Counted from the stretch's first letter, positions 9,063 through 18,250 are shown. The stretch is 64,000 nucleotides of DNA from Deltaproteobacteria bacterium (GCA_016875195.1 VGRY01000006.1:27541-91540), one strand, 5' to 3'. Numbers and translations: made by a program. The notes: a model not told the origin generated them from the letters alone.

Positions 9063-9315
9063 TTTTAATATACACTGAAATTTATAGTCAAATAATTCAT
9101 TTAGAATGTTATTATACTCTTTAAACTCAAATGTCAACTAATTTTTAATAATTTATAAAATTCCATGTTTTCTCCCATCCCCAAAGTTCTTTAAGGGGTC
9201 ACTTTCCGTTGCTATCCAATTGTATTTTTGTTAATATTTTTTAAAACTTCCAAATCATTAATAACGAAGTCTAATTCACCATTTAACGATTTTCTTTTGG
9301 AAAGAAGGAATGTGA

Positions 9316-11964
9316 ATGAATAAAGGAACCGGGGGTTTAACCATTCCAAGCGGAATTGAAGCCTTAGACGATGTGTTACAGGGGCTTCGGCTTGGCGATA
9401 ACGTGGTCTGGCAAGTAGAGCGGTTGGAGGATTATAAATACTTTGCTGAACCGTTCACTCAATCTGCCATTGCTTCGCATCGAAAAATCGTCTATCTGCG
9501 ATTTGCCTCCCATCCTCCTATCCTGACGCCCCGTCCTGGACTCGAGATGATCGAGTTGAACCCCACTTTAGGGTTTGATCATTTTACTCGGGAGACACAT
9601 CATCTTATTGAAGCCTATGGTCATGGGGTGATGTACGTTTTTGACAATCTATCTGCCCTGGTTGTAGAGTGGGCTACGGATGAACTTCTTGCCAATTTTT
9701 TTCAAATTACCTGCCCTTTTCTAGCGGAATTAAATACGATCGCCTACTTTGCTTTGACTCGCGGGCAGCACGCACATTACGCCGTAGCCCGAATCCGGGA
9801 TACAACCCAGATCTTGGTCGATGTCTATCCATCACAGGGGCAAATACATATTCACCCCATCAAGGTATGGGACCGTTACTCACCCCAGATGTTTCTTCCC
9901 CATCTTGTCACTGGAAACCGATGGGCTCCCCTCTCTCACAGTCACGAGGCTGCCAAAGTGCTTTCCTCCGCCCACCCCATCTCTTTGCTCGATACGACAC
10001 GGACCATCGCTCCCTGGGAAAGCGTTTACCAAAAACTCTTACACTATTGCAGCACGCCAGCCGGCTTTAACGATACAGACCCGGAACAAAGGGCTTTAAA
10101 GTTAGAATTAAGCCGGATGCTCATCGGTCATCATCCCGTCTTTAGTCAACTGGCAGACCAGTATTTTACTCTTGAAGATCTGTTTGAAATTCGTAACCGT
10201 TTGATCGGGGCTGGACGCATTGGCGGTAAAGCCGCCGGCATGTTACTGGCACGACGCATCCTGCTGTCTTCCAAAGAGCGAGAGGGCAATATTTTTTCAG
10301 ATCGGCTCGATGACCACGATTCCTTCTTTATCGGTTCGGATGTTTTTTTCACCTTTCTGGTAAACAACGATTTGTTCCGCCTTCGTCTGCATCTCACCTG
10401 TAATTCCGAAACCTCCCAGGAAGAATTTCAAGAAATTGAGAACCGCTTTTTAGATGGCCATTTCTCAGAAACGATTCAAGAACAATTTCGAGCCATGCTC
10501 GACTATTATGGCGAAGCCCCGATCATCGTCCGATCGAGCAGCCTGCTGGAGGATAGTTTCGGAAATGCATTTGCCGGCAAATACTCAAGTATTTTCTGCC
10601 CAAACCAGGGTCCCCCTGAAGCCCGCCTCGCTGAATTCATGAAGGCGGTCAAGTTAGTTTATGCCAGCGCCCTCAACCCCGATGCCCTCTGTTATAGAAG
10701 CAAGCGGGGCCTGGGGGAGTATGACGAGCAGATGGCCATTCTGGTCCAGCGCGTCTCTGGCATGCCATATCACCACTATTTTTTCCCCACTCTGGCCGGT
10801 GTTGGTTTATCGCAAAATCTCTATGCCTGGAACGACCGCATTGATCCCCGGCAGGGAATCATTCGATTGGTCTTTGGGTTGGGGACACGCGCCGTGGACC
10901 GGGTTGATTCGGATTACCCTCGAATGATCGCCATCAGTCATCCCAATCTACGTCCGGATGTAGGATCGAAGGTTTCCAAATATTCCCAACACCATATGGA
11001 CCTGATCGACCTAAAAAACAACCGGTTCACGACTTGTTTGTTGACCGATGTCCTATCCGATGGTGACTATCCCAACCTTCATCTGCTTCTCTCGACCATG
11101 CAGGACCATTATCCCTATGATCCCATCTCAAAAAAAATCTCGGGCAGTAAGGACCAATGGGTGCTCACCTTTAACAACTTGATCCGTCAGACCGACCTGG
11201 TGCCACTCCTCAGAAAGATATTGGTCAAATTGGAGGAAGCCTATGGTCAACCGGTGGACATTGAGTTTACTGCCACTGTCAACTCCGCAAGCCAAACCCG
11301 CATCAATCTGGTTCAGTGCCGTCCACTCTATTTCCCCGGTTCACCGGAGGAAGTATCCCTACCGACCTCCCTTGATCGTCAGCGGGTGTTATTTCGCGCC
11401 CACCGAATGATCTGTGGCGGTCTGGTGGACCAAATTCGTTACATTCTCTACATCGATCCGAAGCGCTATACCCACCTGAATTTCGAGGCAAAAAAATCTT
11501 TGGGCCGACTGGTGGGACAGATCAATCGCCATCCATTGATGCATTCTAATAAGATGATCATGATGGGACCAGGACGCTGGGGAACAAGCAATATTGCCCT
11601 GGGAGTCAACGTGAGTTATGCCGACATCGGTAATGCATCCGTATTAGTGGAAGTAGCCTTGGAGGAGGAAGGCCATGTGCCTGAAGTCTCTTATGGCACC
11701 CATTTTTTTCATGACCTGATCGAGGCCCGGATCATTTATCTGCCGGTCTATCCTGCGGATCCGGCAGCAGAGCTCCATAAAAAATTCTTTGAAACCTCGC
11801 CGAATATCCTCCTGGAGTGGTTGCCCGAAGCCAGGGAATATGAATCGATCCTGCGTTTGATCGATGTTCCCAGGGTGACAGAAGGGGCATTCGCTCACGT
11901 AGTGGCCGATCCCCAACGCCAGCAGGCGGTTTGTTTCCTGGATAAACCCTTTCCCCTCATCTGA
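9316..11964 (+). CDS. KaiC-like pseudo-ATPase domain fused to PEP/pyruvate-binding (PPDK_N, ATP-grasp) domain protein
   Basis: N-terminus SGIEALDDVLQGLRLGDNVVWQVE, with no P-loop. Central LIGAGRIGGKAAGMLLARRIL..IVRSSSLLEDSFGNAFAGKY is typical of pyruvate phosphate dikinase N-terminal domains. Confidence 0.8.
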   Translation: MNKGTGGLTIPSGIEALDDVLQGLRLGDNVVWQVERLEDYKYFAEPFTQSAIASHRKIVYLRFASHPPILTPRPGLEMIELNPTLGFDHFTRETHHLIEAYGHGVMYVFDNLSALVVEWATDELLANFFQITCPFLAELNTIAYFALTRGQHAHYAVARIRDTTQILVDVYPSQGQIHIHPIKVWDRYSPQMFLPHLVTGNRWAPLSHSHEAAKVLSSAHPISLLDTTRTIAPWESVYQKLLHYCSTPAGFNDTDPEQRALKLELSRMLIGHHPVFSQLADQYFTLEDLFEIRNRLIGAGRIGGKAAGMLLARRILLSSKEREGNIFSDRLDDHDSFFIGSDVFFTFLVNNDLFRLRLHLTCNSETSQEEFQEIENRFLDGHFSETIQEQFRAMLDYYGEAPIIVRSSSLLEDSFGNAFAGKYSSIFCPNQGPPEARLAEFMKAVKLVYASALNPDALCYRSKRGLGEYDEQMAILVQRVSGMPYHHYFFPTLAGVGLSQNLYAWNDRIDPRQGIIRLVFGLGTRAVDRVDSDYPRMIAISHPNLRPDVGSKVSKYSQHHMDLIDLKNNRFTTCLLTDVLSDGDYPNLHLLLSTMQDHYPYDPISKKISGSKDQWVLTFNNLIRQTDLVPLLRKILVKLEEAYGQPVDIEFTATVNSASQTRINLVQCRPLYFPGSPEEVSLPTSLDRQRVLFRAHRMICGGLVDQIRYILYIDPKRYTHLNFEAKKSLGRLVGQINRHPLMHSNKMIMMGPGRWGTSNIALGVNVSYADIGNASVLVEVALEEEGHVPEVSYGTHFFHDLIEARIIYLPVYPADPAAELHKKFFETSPNILLEWLPEAREYESILRLIDVPRVTEGAFAHVVADPQRQQAVCFLDKPFPLI

Positions 11965-11992
11965 ATAGAACCCTCTTTTTCAGAAAATTTGC

Positions 11993-12021
11993 TTGACAAA
12001 AAATATTCTTTATTGTAAAAA
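11993..12021 (+). promoter_or_regulatory. sigma70-type promoter TTGACA-N17-TAAAAA
   Basis: TTGACA 11993-11998 and TAAAAA 12016-12021. The predicted TSS at ~12028 is 3 nt before hairpin P1. Confidence 0.5.
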
Positions 12022-12030
12022 GGAATTAAT

Positions 12031-12085
12031 CAATACAGTGGTGTATTGAGGACAAAGGGGTCGAAGAAATTCGGCCCCTTTTTTT
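12031..12085 (+). promoter_or_regulatory. ANTAR-type dual-hairpin antiterminator / intrinsic terminator module, copy 1
   Basis: P1 CAATAC-AGTGGT-GTATTG at 12031-12048. P2 GAC-AAAGGG-GTC at 12051-12062. Terminator GGGGTCGAA-gaaa-TTCGGCCCC at 12057-12078 plus T7. The terminator 5' arm overlaps the 3' half of P2. Confidence 0.75.
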
Positions 12086-12138
12086 ATACAAAGGGGTATC
12101 CGCGACAGGGGCGTCCAAGGAATGGGCTCCCTTTTTTT
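12086..12138 (+). promoter_or_regulatory. ANTAR-type antiterminator/terminator module, copy 2
   Basis: P1 ATAC-AAAGGG-GTAT at 12086-12099. P2 GAC-AGGGGC-GTC at 12104-12115. Terminator stem 12109-12131 (8 bp with one C/T mismatch) plus T7 at 12132-12138. Confidence 0.65.
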
Positions 12139-12144
12139 ATTTGA

Positions 12145-12194
12145 TACAATGGAGTACGAAAGACAAAGGTGTCAAAGCAAGTTGGTTCTTTTTT
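12145..12194 (+). promoter_or_regulatory. Degenerate third copy of the module
   Basis: P1 TAC-AATGGA-GTA at 12145-12156. P2 GAC-AAAGGT-GTC at 12162-12173. T-run at 12189-12194, but I could not draw a convincing terminator stem. Confidence 0.4.
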
Positions 12195-12224
12195 ATCCAT
12201 TTACTGAAAAGGAGGAACTATAAA

Positions 12225-13877
12225 ATGAGCTTTGCCAAACCGAATAGAAGTCCAGCGACCTTTACCAAAAATCGAGTCGAGCCAGCCCCGCAATCGGGAA
12301 TCTGCGTGACCTGTCTGGATGGCTGCCCGGGTCCCTGTGAAGTGGGTCGGTCTGCCTTGAGGGGAAGAGAGGTTCTGTACCCTCAGCCCTATTCCAAGAT
12401 AACGGCCGGGTCTGAAAAGGATTACCCGGTTGACTTGTCCCATTTTAATATCCAGGGAACCTGTGTGGGAGCGATTGGGGTGAACGCTGATTCAGATCAT
12501 GCGACCTTTCCTGCCGTCGATGTTTCAACACAGGTGGGAGCGAAGGAAAAGATCAAAATGAAAGTCCCCTACTTTACGGGTGCCCTGGGTTCAACCGACA
12601 TTGCCCGGATCCACTGGGAATCAATGGCCATTGCAGCCGCTATTTCAGGGACACTGGTCGTGGTGGGAGAAAATGTCTGCGGAATGGATCCCAATTCTGA
12701 ACTTAAAAATGGCCGTGTGGTCCATTCTCCAGAGTTGGAGCGGCGCGTCAACATATTCCAACAGTGGTATGATGGATATGGTGGAATTGTTGTCCAGTAC
12801 AATGTAGAAGATGGTCGCCTCGGGGTTCCAGAATATGCTGTTGAAAAATTGGGCGTCCAGATCATCGAGCCAAAATGGGGACAGGGCGCCAAGGATATCG
12901 GCGGCGAGGTCAAACTGCCTTCTCTTGAAAGAGCGCAGCAATTGAAGAGCCGTGGCTATATCGTTTACCCTGACCCTGAAGATCAAGTCATCCAGGAAGC
13001 TTTTAAACAAGGAGATTTTAAAGAATTTGAAAGACACTCAAGATTGGGAATGGTGGATGAAGAAGGCTTTCACAAAGAAGTCGCTCGCCTGAGAAAAATG
13101 GGAGCAAAGTATGTAACCTTGAAGACCGGAGCCTATCGGCCGGCTGATCTGGCACGGGCCGTTAAATACTCTTCCGATGCCCAAATCGACCTTCTCACAG
13201 TCGATGGCGCGGGTGGAGGAACTGGAATGAGTCCCTGGCGGATGATGAACGAGTGGGGAATCCCGACCGTTTACCTCGAAGGCCTTCTTTACCAATACCT
13301 GAAACGATTAGACCAGAGGGGTGCATTCATTCCTGACTGCGCTATGGCAGGAGGACTTGCCCTTGAAGACCATATCTTCAAATCGATCGCCTTGGGCGCA
13401 CCTTATATCAAAGCCATCTGCCTGGGTCGGGCTTCGATGACAGCCGCTATGGTGGGCAATACCATCGGTGAGATGGTTAAAAAGGGAAAGGTCCCCGCTG
13501 ACATTGCCAAATACGGCGCTGATGTCGAACATGTCTTTATCCTGGCTGCTAAGCTGAAGGATAGATTCGGAAAAGATTTTGAACGCATTCCCACGGGAAC
13601 GATCGGAATGCTCACCTATTTTGACCGGTTGAATGCAGGACTTCAACAATTTATGGCTGGAGCTAGAAAATTTGCTCTAAATTATATTTCCAGAAGTGAC
13701 CTCTGCAGTTTAACCCGGGAAGCAGCCTACGTCTCTGGGATTCCTTATGTGATGGATTCGGATAAAGAGGAAGTTGACAATATTTTACGAAAAGGAGACC
13801 ATGTGGAGAAAACCTCCTCGAAAATTCTAAACCTGAACCTCGAGGCCCTCATCAAATCAAAAGCCGTCATGGGTTAA
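12225..13877 (+). CDS. Glutamate synthase-related FMN-binding (GltS central domain family) protein with N-terminal Cys motif
   Basis: Strong SD aaaggagga 9 nt before ATG 12225. CVTCLDGCPGPCEV motif. VPYFTGALGS, QGAKDIGGEVKLP and LLTVDGAGGGTGMSP match GltB FMN-domain motifs. The 12141 TTG start in the ORF track lies inside the leader modules. Confidence 0.85.
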   Translation: MSFAKPNRSPATFTKNRVEPAPQSGICVTCLDGCPGPCEVGRSALRGREVLYPQPYSKITAGSEKDYPVDLSHFNIQGTCVGAIGVNADSDHATFPAVDVSTQVGAKEKIKMKVPYFTGALGSTDIARIHWESMAIAAAISGTLVVVGENVCGMDPNSELKNGRVVHSPELERRVNIFQQWYDGYGGIVVQYNVEDGRLGVPEYAVEKLGVQIIEPKWGQGAKDIGGEVKLPSLERAQQLKSRGYIVYPDPEDQVIQEAFKQGDFKEFERHSRLGMVDEEGFHKEVARLRKMGAKYVTLKTGAYRPADLARAVKYSSDAQIDLLTVDGAGGGTGMSPWRMMNEWGIPTVYLEGLLYQYLKRLDQRGAFIPDCAMAGGLALEDHIFKSIALGAPYIKAICLGRASMTAAMVGNTIGEMVKKGKVPADIAKYGADVEHVFILAAKLKDRFGKDFERIPTGTIGMLTYFDRLNAGLQQFMAGARKFALNYISRSDLCSLTREAAYVSGIPYVMDSDKEEVDNILRKGDHVEKTSSKILNLNLEALIKSKAVMG

Positions 13878-13903
13878 TATTCATCTGTGAGCGAATTGCA
13901 TCA

Positions 13904-13940
13904 GGGGATACTTCCAAGCGAAGTATCCCCTTTTGTTTTT
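13904..13940 (+). terminator. Intrinsic terminator after the GltS-family gene
   Basis: GGGGATACTT-ccaagcg-AAGTATCCCC followed by TTTTGTTTTT. Confidence 0.8.
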
Positions 13941-14032
13941 CTGACTTCCCGCCCCCCTTTCGTGTTAGGAGGGGTCTTTTTCTAAAGCCTCCATAACAAA
14001 TGGGGTCTGTCTTGTCGTTGTTAAAGTTTCTC

Positions 14033-14061
14033 TTGACAAACAATAGGTTTCATATTAAAAG
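14033..14061 (+). promoter_or_regulatory. sigma70-type promoter TTGACA-N17-TAAAAG for gdh
   Basis: TTGACA 14033-14038 and TAAAAG 14056-14061. The predicted TSS coincides with the start of P1 at 14069. Confidence 0.5.
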
Positions 14062-14068
14062 AACATCA

Positions 14069-14120
14069 CAATACAAAGAGGTATTGGAGATCGGGCATCA
14101 AGTTTTTGATGCTTTTTTTT
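14069..14120 (+). promoter_or_regulatory. ANTAR-type antiterminator/terminator module (gdh leader, copy 1)
   Basis: P1 CAATAC-AAAGAG-GTATTG at 14069-14086. P2 GAT-CGGGC-ATC at 14089-14099 has a 5-nt loop. Terminator GCATCAA-gttt-TTGATGC at 14095-14112 plus T8. Confidence 0.7.
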
Positions 14121-14122
14121 AA

Positions 14123-14178
14123 ACGATAAAGCGTCGTATGAATGACAAAGGCGTCAGAGTGAATGGACGCCTTTTTTT
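14123..14178 (+). promoter_or_regulatory. ANTAR-type antiterminator/terminator module (gdh leader, copy 2)
   Basis: P1 ACGA-taaagcg-TCGT at 14123-14137. P2 GAC-AAAGGC-GTC at 14144-14155. Terminator GGCGTC..GGACGCC at 14150-14171 plus T7. Confidence 0.7.
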
Positions 14179-14212
14179 ATCATTAGAATAACATAATAAA
14201 GGAGAACAAGTT

Positions 14213-15460
14213 ATGCCGGAGATGAATCCTTTCATGATTGCTCAGAAGCAACTCGATGTCGCGGCTGAAAGATTAGGCTTGGACCAGGCAACCCATAACC
14301 TTCTTCGCTGGCCCCAGAGAGAACTTCGGGTGACACTTCCTGTGACGATGGATGACGGGAGGGTCCACATTTTTCATGCGTATCGAGTCCAGTACAATAC
14401 GGCCCGGGGACCTGCCAAAGGTGGCCTCCGATGGCATCCGGATGAGACCATAGATACGGTGCGCGCCCTATCAGCCTGGATGACCTGGAAGACAGCAGTG
14501 GTGGATATCCCATTGGGCGGAGGAAAAGGGGGAATCACCTGTAATCCTAAAGGGATGTCTGAAGCTGAGAAACAACGTTTGGCTCGTGCCTATATTCGTG
14601 CAGTTGCACCGATCCTATCCATCTCCAAAGATGTTCCAGCCCCGGATGTCTATACGACACCACAGATCATGGCTTGGATGATGGATGAATATGAAACGAT
14701 CGTGGGACATCATCATCCCGGTGTGATTACAGGAAAACCAATTCCCCTTGGAGGATCTGAAGGTCGGGGAGACGCAACCGCAAGGGGTGGCGTTTATGTC
14801 ACACGGGAAGCAGCCAAAGCCTTAAATATCGATCTCCAGGGGAAAACCATGGCCATTCAGGGGTTTGGGAATGCCGGTCAATATGCCGCTCTCCTCGGAG
14901 CCGAGATTCTCGGGTTAAAACTGGTTGCGGCTTCGGATTCCAAAGGGGGCATCTATAATGCCAAGGGGTTAGACCCTAAAAAAGTGGTGGACCACAAATT
15001 AAGAACGGGTAGCCTGGAGAGATTTGCTGAAGCGGAGAAGATAACCAATGAAGAACTCCTGGAGTTGGACGTCACTGTTCTTTTCCCTTCTGCCCTCGAA
15101 AACGTGATTACGGCGGAGAATGCAAATCGAATCAAGTGTAAGATTTCCTGCGAACTCGCCAATGGGCCCTCAACACCCGAGGCCGACGAAATTCTCCATC
15201 AGAACAATGTCTTTGTCCTTCCCGATTTTCTTGCCAATGCGGGAGGGGTCACTGTATCCTATTTTGAGCAAGTTCAAAATGCCTATAATTTTTACTGGCC
15301 ATTGGAGGAAGTCCACGAAAGGCTCAATGAAAAAATGTCACGGGCATTTCACGGAGTCTACCAGATGTACTTAAAGGAGAAGGTTGATATGAGACAGGCC
15401 GCCTATCTCGTTTCGGTGGCAAGGGTGGCAGAAGCCTGCAAGTTGCGGGGATGGGTTTGA
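14213..15460 (+). CDS. gdhA: Glutamate dehydrogenase (Glu/Leu/Phe/Val dehydrogenase family)
   Basis: [21 protein letters not shown] and the Rossmann motif [12 protein letters not shown] aaaggaga upstream. Confidence 0.93.
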   Translation: MPEMNPFMIAQKQLDVAAERLGLDQATHNLLRWPQRELRVTLPVTMDDGRVHIFHAYRVQYNTARGPAKGGLRWHPDETIDTVRALSAWMTWKTAVVDIPLGGGKGGITCNPKGMSEAEKQRLARAYIRAVAPILSISKDVPAPDVYTTPQIMAWMMDEYETIVGHHHPGVITGKPIPLGGSEGRGDATARGGVYVTREAAKALNIDLQGKTMAIQGFGNAGQYAALLGAEILGLKLVAASDSKGGIYNAKGLDPKKVVDHKLRTGSLERFAEAEKITNEELLELDVTVLFPSALENVITAENANRIKCKISCELANGPSTPEADEILHQNNVFVLPDFLANAGGVTVSYFEQVQNAYNFYWPLEEVHERLNEKMSRAFHGVYQMYLKEKVDMRQAAYLVSVARVAEACKLRGWV

Positions 15461-15500
15461 TGAACGGGTGAATAAAAATTGTGGAAGAACGCATGCCAAT

Positions 15501-15535
15501 GGGGATACCCAGCAACCGGGTTATCCCCATTTTTT
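15501..15535 (+). terminator. Intrinsic terminator after gdh
   Basis: GGGGATA-cccagcaaccgggt-TATCCCC followed by ATTTTTT. Confidence 0.7.
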
Positions 15536-15617
15536 ATGATGTGACGACTTCCCAAATCTGATATTTTCGTATATGATAGGGCTATAAAATGAGTTCGAAA
15601 CTTATAAAGGAGGTGGC

Positions 15618-17354
15618 ATGCGGATATTGAGAATTGGGCTCTGTCAGATCAATACGACGGTAGGGGATATCGAAGGCAATACCAAAAAGATCCTCGACTA
15701 TATGGCCAGAGGAAAGCGGATGGGCGCAGACCTTCTGGTTTTTCCGGAGATGGCTGTCACAGGATACCCCCCTGAGGATCTCCTCTTCATGCCGAAGTTT
15801 ATTGAGGCTAACCTGAAAGCGATCAAAAAAATTGCCAGAGCCACTTCCTCGATCACAGCCATTGTCGGATTCGTCCATAAAGAGGGGGATATCTTTAACT
15901 CTGCAGCCCTCCTTCACCATGGCAAATTGATCGATGTCTATTCCAAGGTCTATCTTCCCAACTACGGGGTCTTTGATGAGTTACGATATTTCCACCCCGG
16001 CAAAGAAAATTTCATTTTCACTCTTCAAACCATCCCTATCGGCATCAGCATCTGTGAAGACCTATGGTATCCCGGAGATCCGGTCCGCACTCAAGCCCTC
16101 TACGGGGGAGCCGAACTGATGGTCAATATCTCCTCATCGCCTTATCATTCGGGAAAGACGACATCACGTGAAAAACTGATCTCCACCAGGGCCTCTGACA
16201 ATGTGGCCATCGTTGCCTATTGCAATCTGGTGGGAGGCCAGGATGAATTGGTCTTTGATGGCGGAAGTATGGTTTTTGATCAAAAGGGGGAGTTGGTTGT
16301 TCGGGGGAAACAATTTGAAGAGGATTTGGTCCTGGCGGATCTCGATCTGGAAGCGGTCTTTCGGATGAGGCTCCATGACCCCCGAATCAGAAGAGAGAAA
16401 CTGACCGAGGAAGAAAAATGGATAAAAAAAATTGACCTTCCACATCGAGCCCGTTCAGTAGGAAAAAAGCCGCCTATTCCGAAAAGAGATTCAAGGCCAT
16501 TGGATCACCTCGCTGAAATCTATTCTGCCCTGGTGCTTGGAACAGGAGACTATATCAAAAAAAATGGATTCCAGAAGGTCTTAATTGGCCTCAGTGGCGG
16601 AATTGACTCTGCTTTAACTGCGGCCATCGCAGTGGATGCATTGGGAAAGAAATCCGTGGTGGGAGTGGCAATGCCATCCCAGTATTCTTCGAAAGCCTCT
16701 CTGGAAGACGCAAAACTTCTGGCAAAAAACCTCAGCATTCAATTCCTCACCATCCCCATTGAAGAGGTCTTTGAAGCCTATCTTAAAACGCTCGCCTCAG
16801 CGTTTAAAAAACTAAAACCGGATGCAGCCGAAGAGAATATCCAAGCCCGGATTCGTGGAAATATCCTGATGGCCCTCTCCAATAAGTTTGGCTGGCTCGT
16901 CTTGACCACCGGGAATAAGAGCGAGATGAGCGTAGGCTACTGCACCCTTTACGGAGATATGGCCGGAGGGTATGCGGTTTTAAAGGACGTCCCAAAGACT
17001 CTGGTCTATGAATTAACCGAATATAAAAACAGAAAAGAGGGAAAGGCCATCATCCACCAAAATGTTATCGATAAACCTCCTTCCGCAGAATTGAGGCCAA
17101 ATCAGAAGGATGAGGATTCCCTCCCGCCCTACTCTATTCTTGACCCCATTCTTCAAGCTTATGTGGAAGAAGATAAGGGAGTGGATGAGATTACCAAGAT
17201 GGGGTTTAAAGAGAAAATGATCAAAGAAGTGATTCAGATGGTTGACCGGAATGAATATAAAAGGAGACAGAGCTCACCGGGAGTCAAGATCACCCACCGC
17301 GCCCTCGGAAAAGACCGAAGACTTCCCGTCACCAACAAGTATCGAAATTTTTAG
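15618..17354 (+). CDS. nadE: Glutamine-dependent NAD+ synthetase (CN-hydrolase domain + NAD synthase domain)
   Basis: N-terminal nitrilase-like domain (MRILRIGLCQINTTVGD..FPEMAVTGY..ICEDLW). C-terminal GLSGGIDSA PP-loop and the TGNKSE motif. Confidence 0.92.
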   Translation: MRILRIGLCQINTTVGDIEGNTKKILDYMARGKRMGADLLVFPEMAVTGYPPEDLLFMPKFIEANLKAIKKIARATSSITAIVGFVHKEGDIFNSAALLHHGKLIDVYSKVYLPNYGVFDELRYFHPGKENFIFTLQTIPIGISICEDLWYPGDPVRTQALYGGAELMVNISSSPYHSGKTTSREKLISTRASDNVAIVAYCNLVGGQDELVFDGGSMVFDQKGELVVRGKQFEEDLVLADLDLEAVFRMRLHDPRIRREKLTEEEKWIKKIDLPHRARSVGKKPPIPKRDSRPLDHLAEIYSALVLGTGDYIKKNGFQKVLIGLSGGIDSALTAAIAVDALGKKSVVGVAMPSQYSSKASLEDAKLLAKNLSIQFLTIPIEEVFEAYLKTLASAFKKLKPDAAEENIQARIRGNILMALSNKFGWLVLTTGNKSEMSVGYCTLYGDMAGGYAVLKDVPKTLVYELTEYKNRKEGKAIIHQNVIDKPPSAELRPNQKDEDSLPPYSILDPILQAYVEEDKGVDEITKMGFKEKMIKEVIQMVDRNEYKRRQSSPGVKITHRALGKDRRLPVTNKYRNF

Positions 17355-17376
17355 GTTCGTTTTTCCCCGGATAAGT

Positions 17377-17670
17377 CTACTTATTCCGCAGGCATTTTGC
17401 TGAACGCCTGGCTATCTTGGTCCACTGCCGATCTTCATTCAGTTCGGCTTTTGAAAGGGAAAGGTAGTATTCCTCTGTCTGGCGATCAAGTTCTTTTTTG
17501 GCTTGTTCGCGCAGCCACCGGCGCACTGCCTCCTCTACCAATTGACTTCTGGAACTGGCTTCTGGAGAATCGAGCAGCTTATCTATTTGATGAACCAGCT
17601 CATTGCTTAAGGTGACCGTAATCTTAGCTTTCCGAGACCGTAGCGAATGGGTCCGCATATCGTACTCCAT
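17377..17670 (-). CDS. Ribbon-helix-helix (CopG-family) DNA-binding protein
   Basis: KITVTLSNELVHQIDKLL..SRSQLVEEAVRRWL is a typical RHH beta-strand plus helices. No partner toxin gene is adjacent. Confidence 0.6.
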   Translation of the reverse strand: MEYDMRTHSLRSRKAKITVTLSNELVHQIDKLLDSPEASSRSQLVEEAVRRWLREQAKKELDRQTEEYYLSLSKAELNEDRQWTKIARRSAKCLRNK

Positions 17671-17811
17671 TATTTCTTATTTTGAATAACATTGTATACC
17701 ATACCATATTGTTTGCCAATAAGAGATTCAGTTCTAAATTCTTTCAAGTTGCTATTTCCTCTTTAGATAGATATGATTTTTCTAAGAACACACCTTTCAG
17801 AGGGTTCAGCA

Positions 17812-18228
17812 ATGAGAAAAAGAAAGCACCTTGAACAGATAAGAAAAGAGGTTAATAACTCACCATACTACCAGCTTCTGGGAATGGAAGTCATAGAAAT
17901 CAAGAAGGGGGAGTCTAAAGTCCAGATGCCATTTAAACAGGGGCTGACGCATCCCTATGGAATTGCCCATGGAGGAGCGATCGCATCTCTTGCCGATTCG
18001 GGCGTAGCCTTGGCCTTGATCAGCCTGGTAGACCCAAAGGATAGAATCGCCACGATTGAATTCAAAATCAATTTTTTTGCACCTATAAGCAAAGGAATCC
18101 TGGAAGCACATACGAAGATTATCCACAAAGGATCTAAGACAGCCGTAGGAGATGTCGAGGTCAAAAATGAGGAAGGAAAACTGGTAGCAAAATTAATAGC
18201 AACCTATAGCATCAAGAAAGGTGATTAA
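17812..18228 (+). CDS. PaaI-family hotdog-fold thioesterase
   Basis: NPYGIAHGGAIASLADSGVALA and the C-terminal GDVEVKNEEGKLVA pattern. ATG 17812 (MRKRKHLEQ) is preferred over 17773. Confidence 0.75.
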   Translation: MRKRKHLEQIRKEVNNSPYYQLLGMEVIEIKKGESKVQMPFKQGLTHPYGIAHGGAIASLADSGVALALISLVDPKDRIATIEFKINFFAPISKGILEAHTKIIHKGSKTAVGDVEVKNEEGKLVAKLIATYSIKKGD

Positions 18229-18250
18229 ACGCTCCAGACCTCTTCTTACA

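Noticed and set aside
9063-9137. TTG 9137 as start of the KaiC-like/HTH/cupin regulator
   Set aside because: The TTG is the first half of a consensus TTGACA that is followed 15 nt later by TATAAT on the same strand. The paralog alignment supports ATG 9062. This remains uncertain because the 15-nt spacer is short and ATG 9062 lacks a clear SD.
12141-12224. TTG-initiated 5' extension of the GltS-family ORF given in the ORF track
   Set aside because: The extension overlaps the third leader module and its U-run. ATG 12225 has a strong SD (aaaggagga) at ideal spacing, and the extension sequence (MIQWSTKDKGVKASWFFFIHLL..) is not protein-like.
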